Position numbers and translations under genes: made by a program
From: Antedon mediterranea
Taxonomy: Eukaryota > Animalia > Echinodermata
Assembly (NCBI RefSeq): GCF_964355755.1
Contig: NC_092672.1
Coordinates: 4,526,001 to 4,590,000 of the forward strand
Direction of reading: 5' to 3'
Length of the DNA stretch: 64,000 nt
In this document: piece by piece, positions 23,985 through 38,900 of the stretch
Layout: every line of letters begins with the position of its first letter
Numbering within the stretch: position 1 is the first letter of the stretch
Notes under the pieces: generated by a model
The model's input: the letters and a program-made list of their open reading frames with translations, nothing else
Databases searched by the model: none
What the model was told of the DNA's origin: nothing

Positions 23985-26929
23985 CTGGGGAGAAGAAGAC
24001 AAAATCTCCAATTAAGCTATATATTCTAAATATAACAAATATTATTTCAAACTAATAGATTTTATAGATTAGAAGGGGAAAGTGCAAACTAAATCAATTA
24101 AATCTCCTTCAAAATGCAAAATTCCAGTTTAACAATTTACAGAATTTAACATGAACATGGTTACCCAATCAAATAACCAATAGTGTTTGTAATAAACATA
24201 CAAAGAATGGAGCAACAATGTGTTCCATTTCAGTGTTAACTTCGGAAACAGGTTCTTCTAACACACCCTTTTAAGTTCTGCACACATAAACAAAGTCACT
24301 TTAAACTTTACCATTGCAACATTTGTTAAATGCTTGGTTCCCACTAGAGACTCAACACAACAACGTAACGCAAGGGATTTGACCAATCACAATGGATTAA
24401 TCAAACTGTCCTGTCATTGGTCAACTCACTTGCCTTGTATCTAGATCCTTGTGTTGGGTCCAAATGGGAACCAAGATTTATAAATAAAGCACCACTATAG
24501 TATTTTAACTAATGTTAGTTAGAACACGGAGAAAGATTTTGAAACAATGGTACTATAAAGATTTTGTTTAGTTCATAACTAACTATAATGATATTAATAA
24601 CTACTAATTATTGGTCAAAATATATCTGTCATGGCTAAGGGCTAGTAGACATTGCTCTATGATGTCTGCTTTAAGGCCTATGGAGGGCCAATATCGTGTT
24701 GACGGATACTGGAGTATAAAGAATATAAAAGTATTATCTATGTGGAACATCTTGTTAAGATAATATTGTTGTTGATTACTAATAAACTTCTACCAATCTA
24801 ATGATCACAGTTGTGTTTTACCATATTTTTCTGTCGAGGAAAACAATTTTTCCATGTACAATTTAGTATATATGGAACAAATAAAGATTTGATTTGATTT
24901 GTCAACAATAAGGCTGAACTTATGGTATGCAAAGAACGATTGAAACGCCACGGTAACACATCAAGCAAAACTATAGAGTGCGATAGACTGGCTTACCCTT
25001 CATAGTACGGTGGATACTAAGAGGTAGTGAAACAAATAGAAAATGTAAAATAAAATAAAATATAAAAAACAGAAAATAAATATTAATAAAATTATAAGCA
25101 AACAACACAATATCAAACTGACTCCAAATAATGATAGGGAAGCCATGAGTCGTTTCAATCTTTATTTGATCATCATCATTATTTCATCATTCCTGATGAT
25201 GATCAAATAAATTGAAATGTTTAATCATGTTCTCTATCATTATTTGGAGTCAGTTTGATATTATCTTATTTAAACATAATCAGTGCATTGGTTTTTAAGA
25301 GCAAACACATATGCAAAAATAATCAATGCTTTTTTATAAACTGAATTTGATGTGAGAATTGAGATGTTTAGATTCACAGGCACATCATGCAAATTAGGAG
25401 CCATTTCAAAATTATTGTACAGTTTGCAGTAACACAATAATTTACTTCAGTAACCTTGGTTTTGTTACTGCAGTAATAACATGCAAATTAGTTGTTAATT
25501 ACCTATCTCTTAATATTGTATCTAAAAACCTATCTAAAGTTTTACCATCATTATAAATATGATTTCTCTTTGCACATTTTTTTAATAATCATTTTATAAT
25601 TATTATCATCACATTGATGTTTTTTTTTTTATTTCTTCTATTTGTTTATTGTTGAGTGTTACACCAAATTTATTTAGAGGATAACCATTGTGTGCTGAAG
25701 TCCACAATGCAGGACCAATAATAAAGTAACAAATATTCTATTATTTAAAGATGTATTGTCCCTTTGTCAAATTCCAAAAAAATAAAAATTAAAAGATTTC
25801 GAAAATAAGTGGGTCATTTTGAAGTATCATAATAGTTATTAGCGAACACCAAAAATTAGTCGAAAAAAAAATCATTTAACTGAAATACAGACGTTTTTTG
25901 GTTCAAAAAATAACTTTGACTTCCAGTCAAAGTTTTCGATCAAAACATATCTTATAATGCAATGCGCTTATTTGGCTACTCTGTATGCATAACCATAAAC
26001 TTCCTCGCGATCTGTGTGAAAACACACTTCTCAACCGTGACAAGTTGTAAACAATCCTAATTGGCATCATGAATAATGTATACTCATGGTTTAAAATCTT
26101 TGTTTACTTTTGCTCGCGACTATTTTCCAGACGAAATGTAATCAAATTAATTTAGCTGATAATTACGTAAAATTGTTGTTTTTGGCTCGGATTTTCGACT
26201 TAAAGTGAATAACTTTAATATTACTTTGATATGGCCAATAAAAATGTAGTATATTTTGACTTTAATTTTGTTGTGTTTCAAGGGACAATACATCTTTAAT
26301 AATAATTATAACCTTTATTTTGAATAATTCTGTTAGAGAACATGCTGTTTTTTCCTGATGCTTTTAGAATTTTAAAAATCTTGTCAAAATTTCACATGCC
26401 AAAACTCAACCAAAATCCTATGAAAATTACATAATGATATACCTTCACCTATCAGAAACCAAATACAGCGGCGACCCGTTCAGACAGAGACAAGTCAAGC
26501 TGGCAAATGATTAACTTGTTTTTAATATATTGAAATGTAAATTAAAAGTACATATCTGTTTTTTTTAACTATTAAGAGGACACATTTGGGACCCAACATA
26601 GTTAATAAAGGTATCCTCCTGGATAGGAGAATCCAAAAGGAGGGATTCTATACAATCTCAATATCCCATCATGGGATTCCAAAAAGATCACAAAAAATAT
26701 CAAAAAAATTCATTTTGAAATTGTCAACTGTACCAAATATTTTTTTTCTTTATAAAAGGCGACATTTATAATTGAATTGTGTTATCAATAAAAAAAAAAT
26801 CTAAAAAAAGTGATTCCAATAGTTTGAATGACATTCAACAGATAGGGTATGAAGGATTCAAAATAGTCATCACAAACATTACAATTTTGGATGGATAGAA
26901 TGTGTATATTGCATGCATTTTTTATAACC

Positions 26930-26967
<38 letters not shown>

Positions 26968-29900
26968 ATATAATATCAATTGGCTATATCACACACAAGA
27001 CTACTTACTGTTGGTGACCTATCGAATGAGTTGAGTGAGTATCCACCAGTAGAGGGCGCTGGACTACCAGCTGATCCATTGAGGCCTGGATCGGAGGCTT
27101 CTTCAAGGAAGTTGGAAGGCACTAAACCTCTTTCGCCATTTAATTCCCCCTGTTAAAAGACAACAATATATTTCTTTTCAAGTTGCAATATTATTTATCT
27201 TGGTCTTGCAGGCTAATAAATGTCAAGCTTATCCTACCAGGCTTAAAGCTCTGTCTACACTATCAAACTTTATGTGACAAAAACAAAGTGGACATGATGA
27301 TATCATATCAAACTAGTTTGATAGTGTAGACAGAGCTTAAGTCTAAGTCTTTGATACCATTGCCTACAATTAATTTAAAGCTCTGTCTACACTATCAAAC
27401 TATATGTGAAAAAACAAATGTGGTGTGCCCATATATGGACATGATGTCATATCACTACCATATTTATAAGCATATCACTACCATGTTTGGGCACATCACA
27501 CTTTTTTGTCCTGTTTGTAATTGTGCCTCTTTTAATTTTAATTATATATGTATATTGATTGTAAACAAACGTTTATCAGCCAATGGCTGCTGTTTTGTAT
27601 GTGTTTTTAAACCTAAATAAATATTTAAAAAAAATATAGTTTGATAATATTAATTATGGCTGTAGAGAAAATTAGTAATTTCTAAGAATAAAATGAAACA
27701 AAAATAAATCAATGTATTATATTTATACCATGAAAAAGCCATCTTCATCCATTTCTCCATAAACTGTAATAAAGTCGCCCTGTTGAAACGTTAACTCATT
27801 CTCAATATCTGGGTTCGGAGACAAGACACTCGGGTCGTAATCAAATATCGCCCTCATTACCATACACCTTTCAACCTCCTTCTGTGATATTGACGATGAA
27901 TGTCCGTTCACCGCAGTCTGGTATCCTGTTGGGGTGCCGTTGGGACCGGTTCTGTTTGGCGCCTCTGTTGAGTTGATTCGGCCTCTACTATTGTTAGGAT
28001 TTGCATCGTGTTGGCTATTCTGGTTTTGTGGTACGTTGTTTCTTTCTGACACCATGTGGTTTCTGTGTGGTTCTGGTATTGGTTTCCCTTGCGCTTCTTT
28101 CACCATGTTATACGGTACAAAGCCTTGTTTGCCGTTTAGTTCACCAAAGTAAAATCCATCAGCGTCTTTGTCTCCCAACACCTGGAATAAAATGTTTAAG
28201 CAATTAATTAATTGACAGTTACAATAGTCTCCTGAGGACAATCAAAGTATATTGATCAAAACGTTGAGAATCTCAGCAGTTCTTTACAGAACTAAATATA
28301 TGTGGTGTACTGCAAACTTATATATTAACAATTGATTTCGCTATGCAAACCTTAGATAGACAATAGATTAAATTGTAGTTCAATATACAGAAATTTAAAA
28401 TGTTTCAGTAATTATTAAAAGTAATGGAAACACTTTATTTAATAATCTACCTTAATAATATCTCCTTCACGGAATCCTAGCTCCTCCTCCACCCCATCAT
28501 CGTTAGGTGACATGGATGCCGGGTCGTAATCGTACAGTGCCACAAAAAATCGCACAGTACTGTCATCGTACAATTCTTCAGGATCTGTGGAGGACGTATC
28601 TTGCGATGATTTCTGACTCTTTTCTAACGTATGGTTCTTTTTATTGTCGTAGTCTTTTCTCGAGTCTTCCCAGTCGCTGCCCGAGTCGAGGGAGTGTTTG
28701 CGGGGACGGGTATTTTCCCGCATGCTGGGCTTTGCGACGGGAATGCTCCCGTTATGTGGGTCGTGCTCTGAATATTGCTCGGTTATACATGAGGTAATAC
28801 CATCACTCTCTTTGGTTATTTCTAGCAGAAAGTAATAGACACCAGGAAAGAAAATAAATGTTAGAAAATGCAAAGAATAGAATACCACAAGAAAATAAAT
28901 ATAAGTACACATAAAAACCATTTAACCATTATTTAAATACTTGCAACAAATATATCAATATAAATAAGATGAGTTGTCGAAGTTCTCAGGAATAAAGACT
29001 ATTATAATATTGTGCATAACTAAGTTTCTACATTAGTAAACCAATCAAAACATAGCATTATTTAAATGACTTATATATAGCACAAACTAATAATGTTAGA
29101 ATCCCATATAACAATCAAACCAGCAAATCACATGCTAAAAACCATAGCTATAGGTGCAGCAGTGCTGGTCAAGTGATATTATAGCAGGCAATAATATGAT
29201 GTCATAGGTCATAGGTCCCACCGTAATAAACAGTCAAATATGTCCTCAGAGATACAGTTAGCGTCAATAGTTCATAAATCTAATTTATTTATTTACGTTG
29301 ACTAAACAAATGAAAATGCATTGTTTAGGTAAAAAATATACCACTTGGGATATAGCAGGTGATAATACTTTTTAGTTTTTAACACATTCGCATTGAGCAT
29401 TTTTGTATTTTTCTACATGATATATAGACAATAATGCTTCTTTTGGTTTATATAATAGGTTTTTAACTTTAATAGGACAATGGCATTTATAAGTTTATCC
29501 GGGTAAGTAAGCACGAATCTCCACTCACCTATATGTGGCACAGACACTTCTGCTTGCTTTGGTTTAACTGGAACTGGTTCTAACACTTGGTTATGGGGTG
29601 AAAGGTCAGATTCACGTTCGTAATCTCGTTGCTGTCGTATAATCTGTATAGGCACTGCATGATTCGGTTTATTCAGTTGTTCTACCTCAGGGTCCGTTTC
29701 ATCGAATTCTGATTCTACTTTTGCATTATTGTCCAATGTGTCTTTCACATTTTTAAATTGTTCATCACGCAAACTTTTGTTGATACTGTCCGAGAACCCA
29801 GGTAAATCAGCACTTTCAAAATCTGATAATTCTTCCTCAGCCTCCTCGGCAATGTCTGATAATTCGGACCGGTCACTCTCTGATTGATACTCGATGGGTT

Positions 29901-32900
29901 CTTTCTGTAAACAGGTGACAGACATGTCTAAATTAGTTTAGTTCATAAATTTTCCTCTAGTAGAAATCTATTAAGGGGACACATACAAACAAAGTGTCCT
30001 CTTACAGTTTCTCCTGAATAGGGGTTGGCCATGGTGATAAAATATTCTTCCTCTCAGTTGTAAGTTTGAAAGTGTCCCTATTGCATGAATAGGGGTGTCC
30101 CTATTGCATCAATAGGGGTGTCCATATTGCATGAATGGGGTGTCCCTATGGCATGAATAGGGGTGTCACATATTGCATGAATATGGGTGTCACATATTGC
30201 ATGTATAGGGGTGTCAGTATTGCATGAATAGGGGTGTCCATATTGCATGAATAGGGGTGTCCATATTGCATGAATAGGGGTGTCCATATTGCATGAATAG
30301 GGGTGTCACATATTGCATGTATAGGGGTGTCAGTATTGCATGAATAGGGGTGTCACATATTGCATGTATAGGGGTGTCAGTATTGCATCAATAGGGGTGT
30401 CACTATTGCATGAATAGGGGTGTCCCTATTGCATCAATAGGATTGTCCCTAATAAGGTGTTCGAAAAGACAGTAACTTTCTTCACCACTATATATACCTT
30501 CTCCCCATATCTTTCCAAAAATTAAACCTAACTTTTAAAACATTAATTATTCAAGAATCAGAAAACTTTTCTTGCTCCATATAAAAAAACGAAAATTTAC
30601 TTTAATGGATGAATAACTAAAAATTGCAATTATAATTACTCTTTTGACATCGTTTGTCTTTGGCAATTGGTTAGCCGCCATTTTGACAGCACCATTTACA
30701 GCAAACACCTCGGGGTGACTGTCTTCAGACGTCGTCGTACGTGAACTCTGACTGTCGTCATCGGAAACGCTATCATACATATTGCTCCTTACCTGTATAT
30801 GATAAATAACGATAACAGTGAATAATCAATACCTAATTACAATAAACAAACAAATCAATAATCAATACATCAATCAATCAATCAATACAGAAATAATACA
30901 AATTACTGACACTTGTATCTAAAGCTCTGTCTACACTATCCAACTTTATGCGACAACAAAATGTGATGTGGCCATATATGGATATGACGACATCACACAC
31001 TTTTTTTCAAACTTTTTTGACAGTGTAGACAGAACCAAATAACAGAAATTATCCATCAAAAGCTAAGTAATTTGTTGGTTTGTCAAAACATTAATTTTCA
31101 ACCAAATAAAACATAAATAAATTCTTCAAAAAATTACAAACAATTAATCATACTCATTTATACATTTGTTTTTAAGCATTAATTAAAACTGTAAATTAAA
31201 ACCTGGCTGCCCCAATAAACTATGTACAACAATTGAGAATGCAGTGCAACTATCAAAACCATTCTGATACAGTAACACGACTAAATTCAGAATAAAAAAA
31301 ACAACTGAAGCTTAACTAAAAAGTTTAGATCGAAAAACATAGCAAAGTAGAAAAACGATAAAAATAAACCACACGCACACGTGAGCGTTTTCCAAAAATC
31401 ACATGAAAGTATGAAGACAAAGTAGAGAAACACATTCTTCAGTTTAAGAACACTATTTTAGCACATAAACACTCCCAGCTAAGCTCATGTATGACCATGG
31501 TATAGGCACATAGCAATATAGTGGTTATCAAACCTGTATGTATGGTTTGTAGTTGTAATTAGCAATAACAATCAATAATAGATAATACTTGAATATTAAA
31601 ACATGCTAACAAATGATGCTGGTATCGTATATAATCTTCCACAGGTTAGAATTATGATGCTGTTTTTTGCCCTCTTATTTGAATAAAATTAGCATAAATT
31701 AAGTATGCTAATGAGTTATAAATACCTGTGTTATTATTAGCACTACATAATCATTTATTGAAATAATATATAAACACTTTTTGATTTGAAAACATTCCAT
31801 TTTAAAAATTAATTGTATGCTTTTTGTATTCCTGTTCTTCATTTGTACTTTTGGAAAAAAACATTTACAATATAAATATACATTATATTATTGGCTATAT
31901 TATTATTATTGGCTATACATTATATATTAATTATTATGGAGAAATAAGGGATGTTTACAGTACTGGATCTTGAAAGTCTGAGTAAACTCTTGAACTTTAA
32001 CCTAATGACCTATCTTTTGCACTGTAATTATCTAAATTGGGGAGGGTGAGAGGGGGAGGACTACATCGACATCTGCCAACTGGACCCACCATGTGTTAAT
32101 CTCATATCAGCATTTAAGCAAAGCAAAAATCAATATCTGCATTAAACACTACTAAATCTCTATCTACACTATCAAACTAGTTTGACAAAAAAGCATGATG
32201 TGCCTAAATATGGTAGTGATGACATTATGTCTGTATATAAGCACATCACATTTTTTTTTCTCATATAAAGTTTGATAGTGTAAACAGAGCTTTAGCTAGT
32301 AAGCTCAATATTCATTATTATTAACACATTTCTGTCAATCTCGTTTGTGCATTACACAAACTAACTTACATTAGCTCTTGGTTTGCACCAGAATCGATGT
32401 GGCTGGTATCTCTGGCGATACCGACTCACTCGAAAAGATGGGGAATATATGAGCTAAATAAATCCAGATCAAAATGCATGCAAAAGAAAAAGAGTCATAC
32501 AGAAAAAATAATTGCAAAAAACATAATGAATAAAAGAAAAAAAATATATGTACAGAAATAAAATAAAGAAAAGGTGGTTTGGTATAGGGATTCAATGAAT
32601 TTTCTTTTAAAAAAAATGATGAAAGAAATAAATATAGGAATGTATAAAAATATTTTTGGTAAAGCCTATCACAGTGAGAGGTTATGAAAAAGGGTTGGGT
32701 TGAAACAATCAACGATAGTTACCCTGAGATGTTTTTGAAAAATGATTTGGTCACAATCCTCTCATCTAAAGACACATGGAATATAACATGCAAATCAACA
32801 TAACACTAACCTTATTTATTTCAGATTGTTTATTTGCACTTGATCGGAGTAGATGCTGAGGTATATGAACAAGAGCTGAATCAGATGAAAAACCGTTTGG

Positions 32901-35900
32901 AGAAAGCGTGCGGACAACAATGTGTGGTACTCCTGCTAACTTATCTATACTAAGAACTAAGCGGTCAGCTGAAAAGAAAGAAAACAGACAGGATGATGAG
33001 GCTATTGGTCAATTGTGCGTCTACTGCCAGGTTTTCTATTGGTATGGCCAACCATGATCCATAATTCTGTTGGTTGATCTTGCCATTGGTACAGTTGTTT
33101 TCAATGTATATTATCCATGTGCCATGGGTAGGGCAACTCGGAGGTACATTCTTGGCACGATGTAAAGCTCTGTCTATACTATCAAATTTTATGTGACAAC
33201 AAAATGTGATGTGCCTATATATATGGACATGATGTTTAATATCACTACCTGTACCATATTTGGGCATATCACTACCATATTTATGCACATCACACTTCTT
33301 GATAGTGTAGACAGAGCAGTGTTGGCCAGTGTCTCACACAAGATGTCTCTGTAACTGTTTCATCATGTTCTTTCTATGAGCAACCGTATAATTTAAAATG
33401 GGAATAAAAATATTGTTTAAATAGCTAACCTGTCGGTGAATCTATTGATGCAATCTTCAAATCGTTAGCATAAACTGCATATCCCATGACGACAGCACCG
33501 TTTGAAAGACCGGATGTTGTTATGGTAACTGGAAGCCATTCAACGATAAGGGTACCTGGACGCCCTCCTGGTTTTATCTGCACATCTAATGGTGGCTCAG
33601 GAAGACCTAAAGAAATATAAAAATAACAATATTATAATCTATTACAAATCTGTAATAATATCATTAATCTGGTTTCTTTAAAATTATTAATCTTATATAT
33701 CATGTATCACAATAAATATTTATTTTTATATAGCATTAATCCTATTTTTTTTAAATTGTTAATCTTATATACCATGTATCACAATAAATATATCATATTT
33801 TTAAATAGCATTAATCCTAAATCAGAATGGTTCATTACTAATCCTATGTCATGAATATATATTAATCTATAGAAATTCATCATCACACTTAACTTTATAT
33901 GATTAATAAGCGTTATTGTATTACATTAAAAACACACCACTGCAATACTAAACAATATAATATGAATACATGGGATTATCAATTCATATAAAAAACATGC
34001 TCTGGATGAATATAAATTGCAAATAATACAGAAAACCCTTCTTTGGGACACCCCTCTGAAGAGAGGACACTAGGAGAAACACTACTGCTACCATTCAGGG
34101 GATGTCCACGTTGTAGACACTGTTTTGGGTCCTGAAGTTGTCCCCTTAGTGTTCTACGTTGTAGACACTGTTTTGGGTCCTGAAGTTGTCCCCTTAGTGT
34201 TCTACGTTGTAGACACTGTTTTGGGTCCTGAAGTTGTCCCCTTAGTGTTCTACTGTAGTCAGCATACTATAAAGTTGGCACCTTTCTGTCTTAGGTATAA
34301 ATTTACTCCATCCTCCATTTAAAACCCACAATTTTGAGGGGTGGGCTTATACCAGAGGACTTAAATAGGTCAACCGCATACAAACATATCTTCTGAGGCC
34401 CATGTGAGGCTATTGTAGGCTGATATTAACAACTACTATTATAGTAGGAAACAATTGCCAGTGACAACAAAAATATTTTTATGAATATGTGAAAATTAGT
34501 TTCATAATTATCCAAAATAAAGATACTTTTTTTATCCTTTTTTTAGCGAATAGATTATATTTTTAATCAAAATATCTATTGAAATAGGATGTAATATATC
34601 CGCAACTGTCTAAAATGGTTGGACTAGAACCATTTGACCTCACAAAGTGCTCATAAAGGGAAGGTCACGATTGGCTGTTCATAGTTAATGGTATACTTTG
34701 GTTTAAAAGGACAATACTAATATGGACACTGTGTGATTAAAATCAAGTAATTTTTGCACCACTAGTAATATGGATATGATACGAATAATAATAACAATAA
34801 TTGACGTTGCATATTAGAAAAATGTAGTCCGGGGTTTATAAAGTCAGTGAAACAGGTGATTGATATGAAAAAAAATAATCATATTTTCAATTTAAATCAT
34901 AGATATAATGTTTCAGTGCAAAATATATTGTATATGAAACATGAAATTAAACATGATGCATAAATAGTAGAATATTAATTCATATATAATTTAAAAAAAT
35001 TTGTAATAAAATATTGACAGTAAATACATTTCCACATTGCACTCATTGAATTATAAGCAAAATAAATAATAAAGTTTTTATTAATAATCAAAAACTAAAA
35101 TAGAAAAGAACAATACTATTAGAAGTTAGTATCCAAGTAAAAAGATTAGACAACTTGTAAGGATTAAAAAAGTTGCCTCAACCAGCCTCAATTTTAATTT
35201 GGTCAACTTTAGATGACCCACCACTGCACTGGGCTTCGTGGTATATTCAACTTATATTTAACAGTTAACTATTTTCTAAAGTTCTGCCTACACTATCAAA
35301 CTAGTTGACAAAAAAAGTGTGATGTACCCAAATATGGTAGTGATATGCCCAAATATGGTAGTGATATGACATCATCAAGTCCATATATGGCACATCACAT
35401 TTTTTGTTACATACAGTTTGATAATATAGACAGAGCTTTAGAATATAGTTCAAATAAAATAAAATGTAACATCAAAAGATAGACAGTGCCTCTATTAAGG
35501 GGACACATTAAGGATCCGTGAAATTTTCCTTGAATAGGTGTCTTAAACAAAGATTTTTCTGTACTACCATAAATATCAATTTAAAAATTGGTTGGCATGA
35601 CTTTTTTACCCTCTTACAGATTTTCTTTATCTTTAATGTACAGATATCTATTTTAGCATTATCGTTGATAAGGCATGGTTTGAATTTATTTCTTTCCATT
35701 AAAAAAATGCATACGATATGTGAAAATGATCTTTACAACACTAACCTTTTTTTATTGTGTCTTTAACAAAATCAGAAAACAAAAAGCATTTCAAATAAGT
35801 ATTATTTGATTTAAAAAAATGAGATTAAAAAAAAGAAAAATTATTTTGATAAATCTTATGAATATATTTTGCAGATTACAACAAAGAGGTCTTTATGTCA

Positions 35901-38900
35901 AATAAAAGTTATTGGAACTTTCAAAAAGTACAGTACTTTATGATAATCCTTCCATTTCTAGTTAATCTATGTTAATCCTTTAAAAGAGTATCTAATCCCT
36001 TAAAGGACATCTTAATCCTCATCCCAATCACTTTAATATAAAGTATTCTGCATTTCTAAAAGCTAATATTGCACAAAAATGTAAAGGTAAATTTTGCAAA
36101 ATGATATGATTTAATCTCTTAAAAATGACAGTTAGACAATCAATATATTTTAATCTCATTCTAATCTGATCTAATCCGCTTCTCGAGATGAATTTCTTGT
36201 GTGATTGGTTCATCCTAAAACTGTTTTCCATCTTTGGGATTACTATTGAGTACATACAATGTACTTAGCAACATTCTCGAGTATGGTCAATTAGGTTAAA
36301 ATGATGTTAAGGAGGCTTGGAACAAATCAACAGACGTCTGTAACTGTAACAGTCTATCGGTTCATTGCGCCAGAGAAAAATATATTGTTGTGAAAATTCC
36401 TAAATGTTGGTTATTTTAAAGATATATTGTTCCCCCCATCCCACCCAAATTTTTTTTTTTTTTCAATTTAAAAAAAAATGTTAAATAGCCTATTTAAAGT
36501 CTGATTTATTAATCTTCATTTTTTATGTTTTTGGGGGACAATACATCTTTAAATGAATAATTTAATAAATAAAAGTTTAATAATTTTTTTTAGGTTGTCC
36601 CATCAATGGTCCGGTAGAAAAGTAGATCCCAACCTGAATACATGCACCTAATTTATATTTTCAACACACATCCAACAACTCTATTTTACTCAACTCTGTT
36701 TTAGTAACCATATGACAAAAAAATTATTTTCACTCAGGAATTGTACAAGCTACAATGAAAGGCCATAAATTGAGCAATGTAATTTCCAATTTCTTGGACA
36801 ATAAAGGCATTTTGTACTGAATTGTATGCCCGGTCACATACAATAAAAATATTATCAAAGTAGGTTGGAAGTATGGCCTTCTAATTTGATACATACACAA
36901 TAAATGTCAAATATAAAGCACTGTCACTATCAAACTAGTTTGATAAAAAAAAATGTGATGTGCCTAAAATATAGTAGTGATATGCCCAAATATAGTAGTG
37001 ATATGCCCAAATATAGTAGTGATATGCCCAAATATAGTAGTGATATGCCCAAATGTGGTAGTATCATAATGTCCATATATGGGCACATCACATTTTTTTT
37101 TTCACATAAAGTTTGATAGTGCAGACAGAGCTTAATAAAAGATACTAAGAATCTCACCTCCTGGAAGAGTTTTGAATTCAATTTCTGTCGAGAAACGCTT
37201 TGAGTTGTCGTTTGTTGTATGCCTTGGTTTTGCTGTTACTGTCACACGATACACAGAGGACGGTGACAATCCTAAATTGCGAGTGTGAAGAGAAAAATAC
37301 AACATTCTCAACTAAATTGAAAATGCAACAAAACATAACAAATAATAAAAAAAATATATAAAAAAAAATCCATATATATGATAGTGGTCTAGTGGGATGC
37401 ATGACTGATATTGTTTTGAGCATCAACAGTAGTTGTGTCCGTAAGCGCTAACTGTATACAGTCTTTTTTTTTAAATTTTATTTTATTCATTTCGGCAATA
37501 AACATGAAATAATAATTACAAAACATAGAAATATATATATAAATATTAAGTACAAGACACGAAGCCGAGGAGAGACTAAAGCATTAAACAAAACGCTGTC
37601 ACTGGTAAGGTGTGTCTCTCAATAGCCACCATATGTAATAATTAGTCACATAAAGTTTGATAGTGTATACAGAGCTTTACACAATTTTTGTGTGTGTAAA
37701 TTTTGTCATTATAGCAAGTGAAAAAATGAAATACAAATCTTTAATATTTTTATGACACTTCATTTTCTACATCAAATGTGACGTGTGCAAAAATTTCTTG
37801 ACTCAATTTTTGCAGCATGTGTTTACTGCAGTATTCACACTAATTATCTAAACTTGTAATGCGTTTCACCGTTGACCTTAATATGATTGCTTAATTATCT
37901 ACGTGATAAACACACATCTAAAATACACACCTGCAAAACTATACTGATGCCGACCTGGTTTCACCGTCACCATCTCTCGTCCGTGCACACTTATTATGTG
38001 ACTATAGTTACTGTTGCCTGGCAACCAAGTAATATCAGCTGTGTCTGGAGTAACGTGAGATGCTTTTAACCTTGTCGGCGACGCTGATGCTCCTATAAAA
38101 TACATCACACATCATCAACGATATATTTTGAGTAAATAATAAAATATTAATGACAGCTGGATTTGTAATGAAGGGGAGAATATTTTGATACGGATCAAGA
38201 GTGTCAAATACTGGAGGTAGCACACATCCATTTACTAAGTACAAATAGACCCTTTGCATCTTATCCCTTCCTCAGCCAACACACGTATGTAATACAAATA
38301 GGGTTTAACAAGGCATATATTATGAGTAAAAGGAAGAATATTTTCATAAGGATTGAAGGATAAGAATACTGGAGGCACAGGGGTGATTTTTTTTGTGCGA
38401 ACGAATCATCCCCCTCCCTCAACACCTTCCGAAGTGGGGTCTAGCCAGTTTGCAAATGTAGATGTACGATGTACGAGATGCACTCTTTCTGCAAACCCTC
38501 CTCCTTCAATAACAATGTGTTCTGAGAAGATACAGTTTGAACATTCAATGCTGAATTATAACATACCTTTACCAACCATCATAGTGCAAGCTGCTTCATC
38601 AGACATACCATCTGCTGTTAGTGTACAAACTGATATCCTATACGTCAAGTCTTGATCTATGTAATCCAGCAACATAGTCTTTACTTTACCCTGTACTGTG
38701 CTCTTTGGGACACCATTTACATATATCTTGTATTCTCTGGACGATAGAGGGCAGTTGTGTGGATGCGACCACGTTATAATGACGTTAGTTGGGAACTGAC
38801 GTTCAAGAGTTAAGTTTGATGGAGGTGGAATACCTAAAAAAAAAGACATTAAAAAAAATATTTAGGCAGTTAGGTAAATAATAAATTGAAAATAAGCAGA

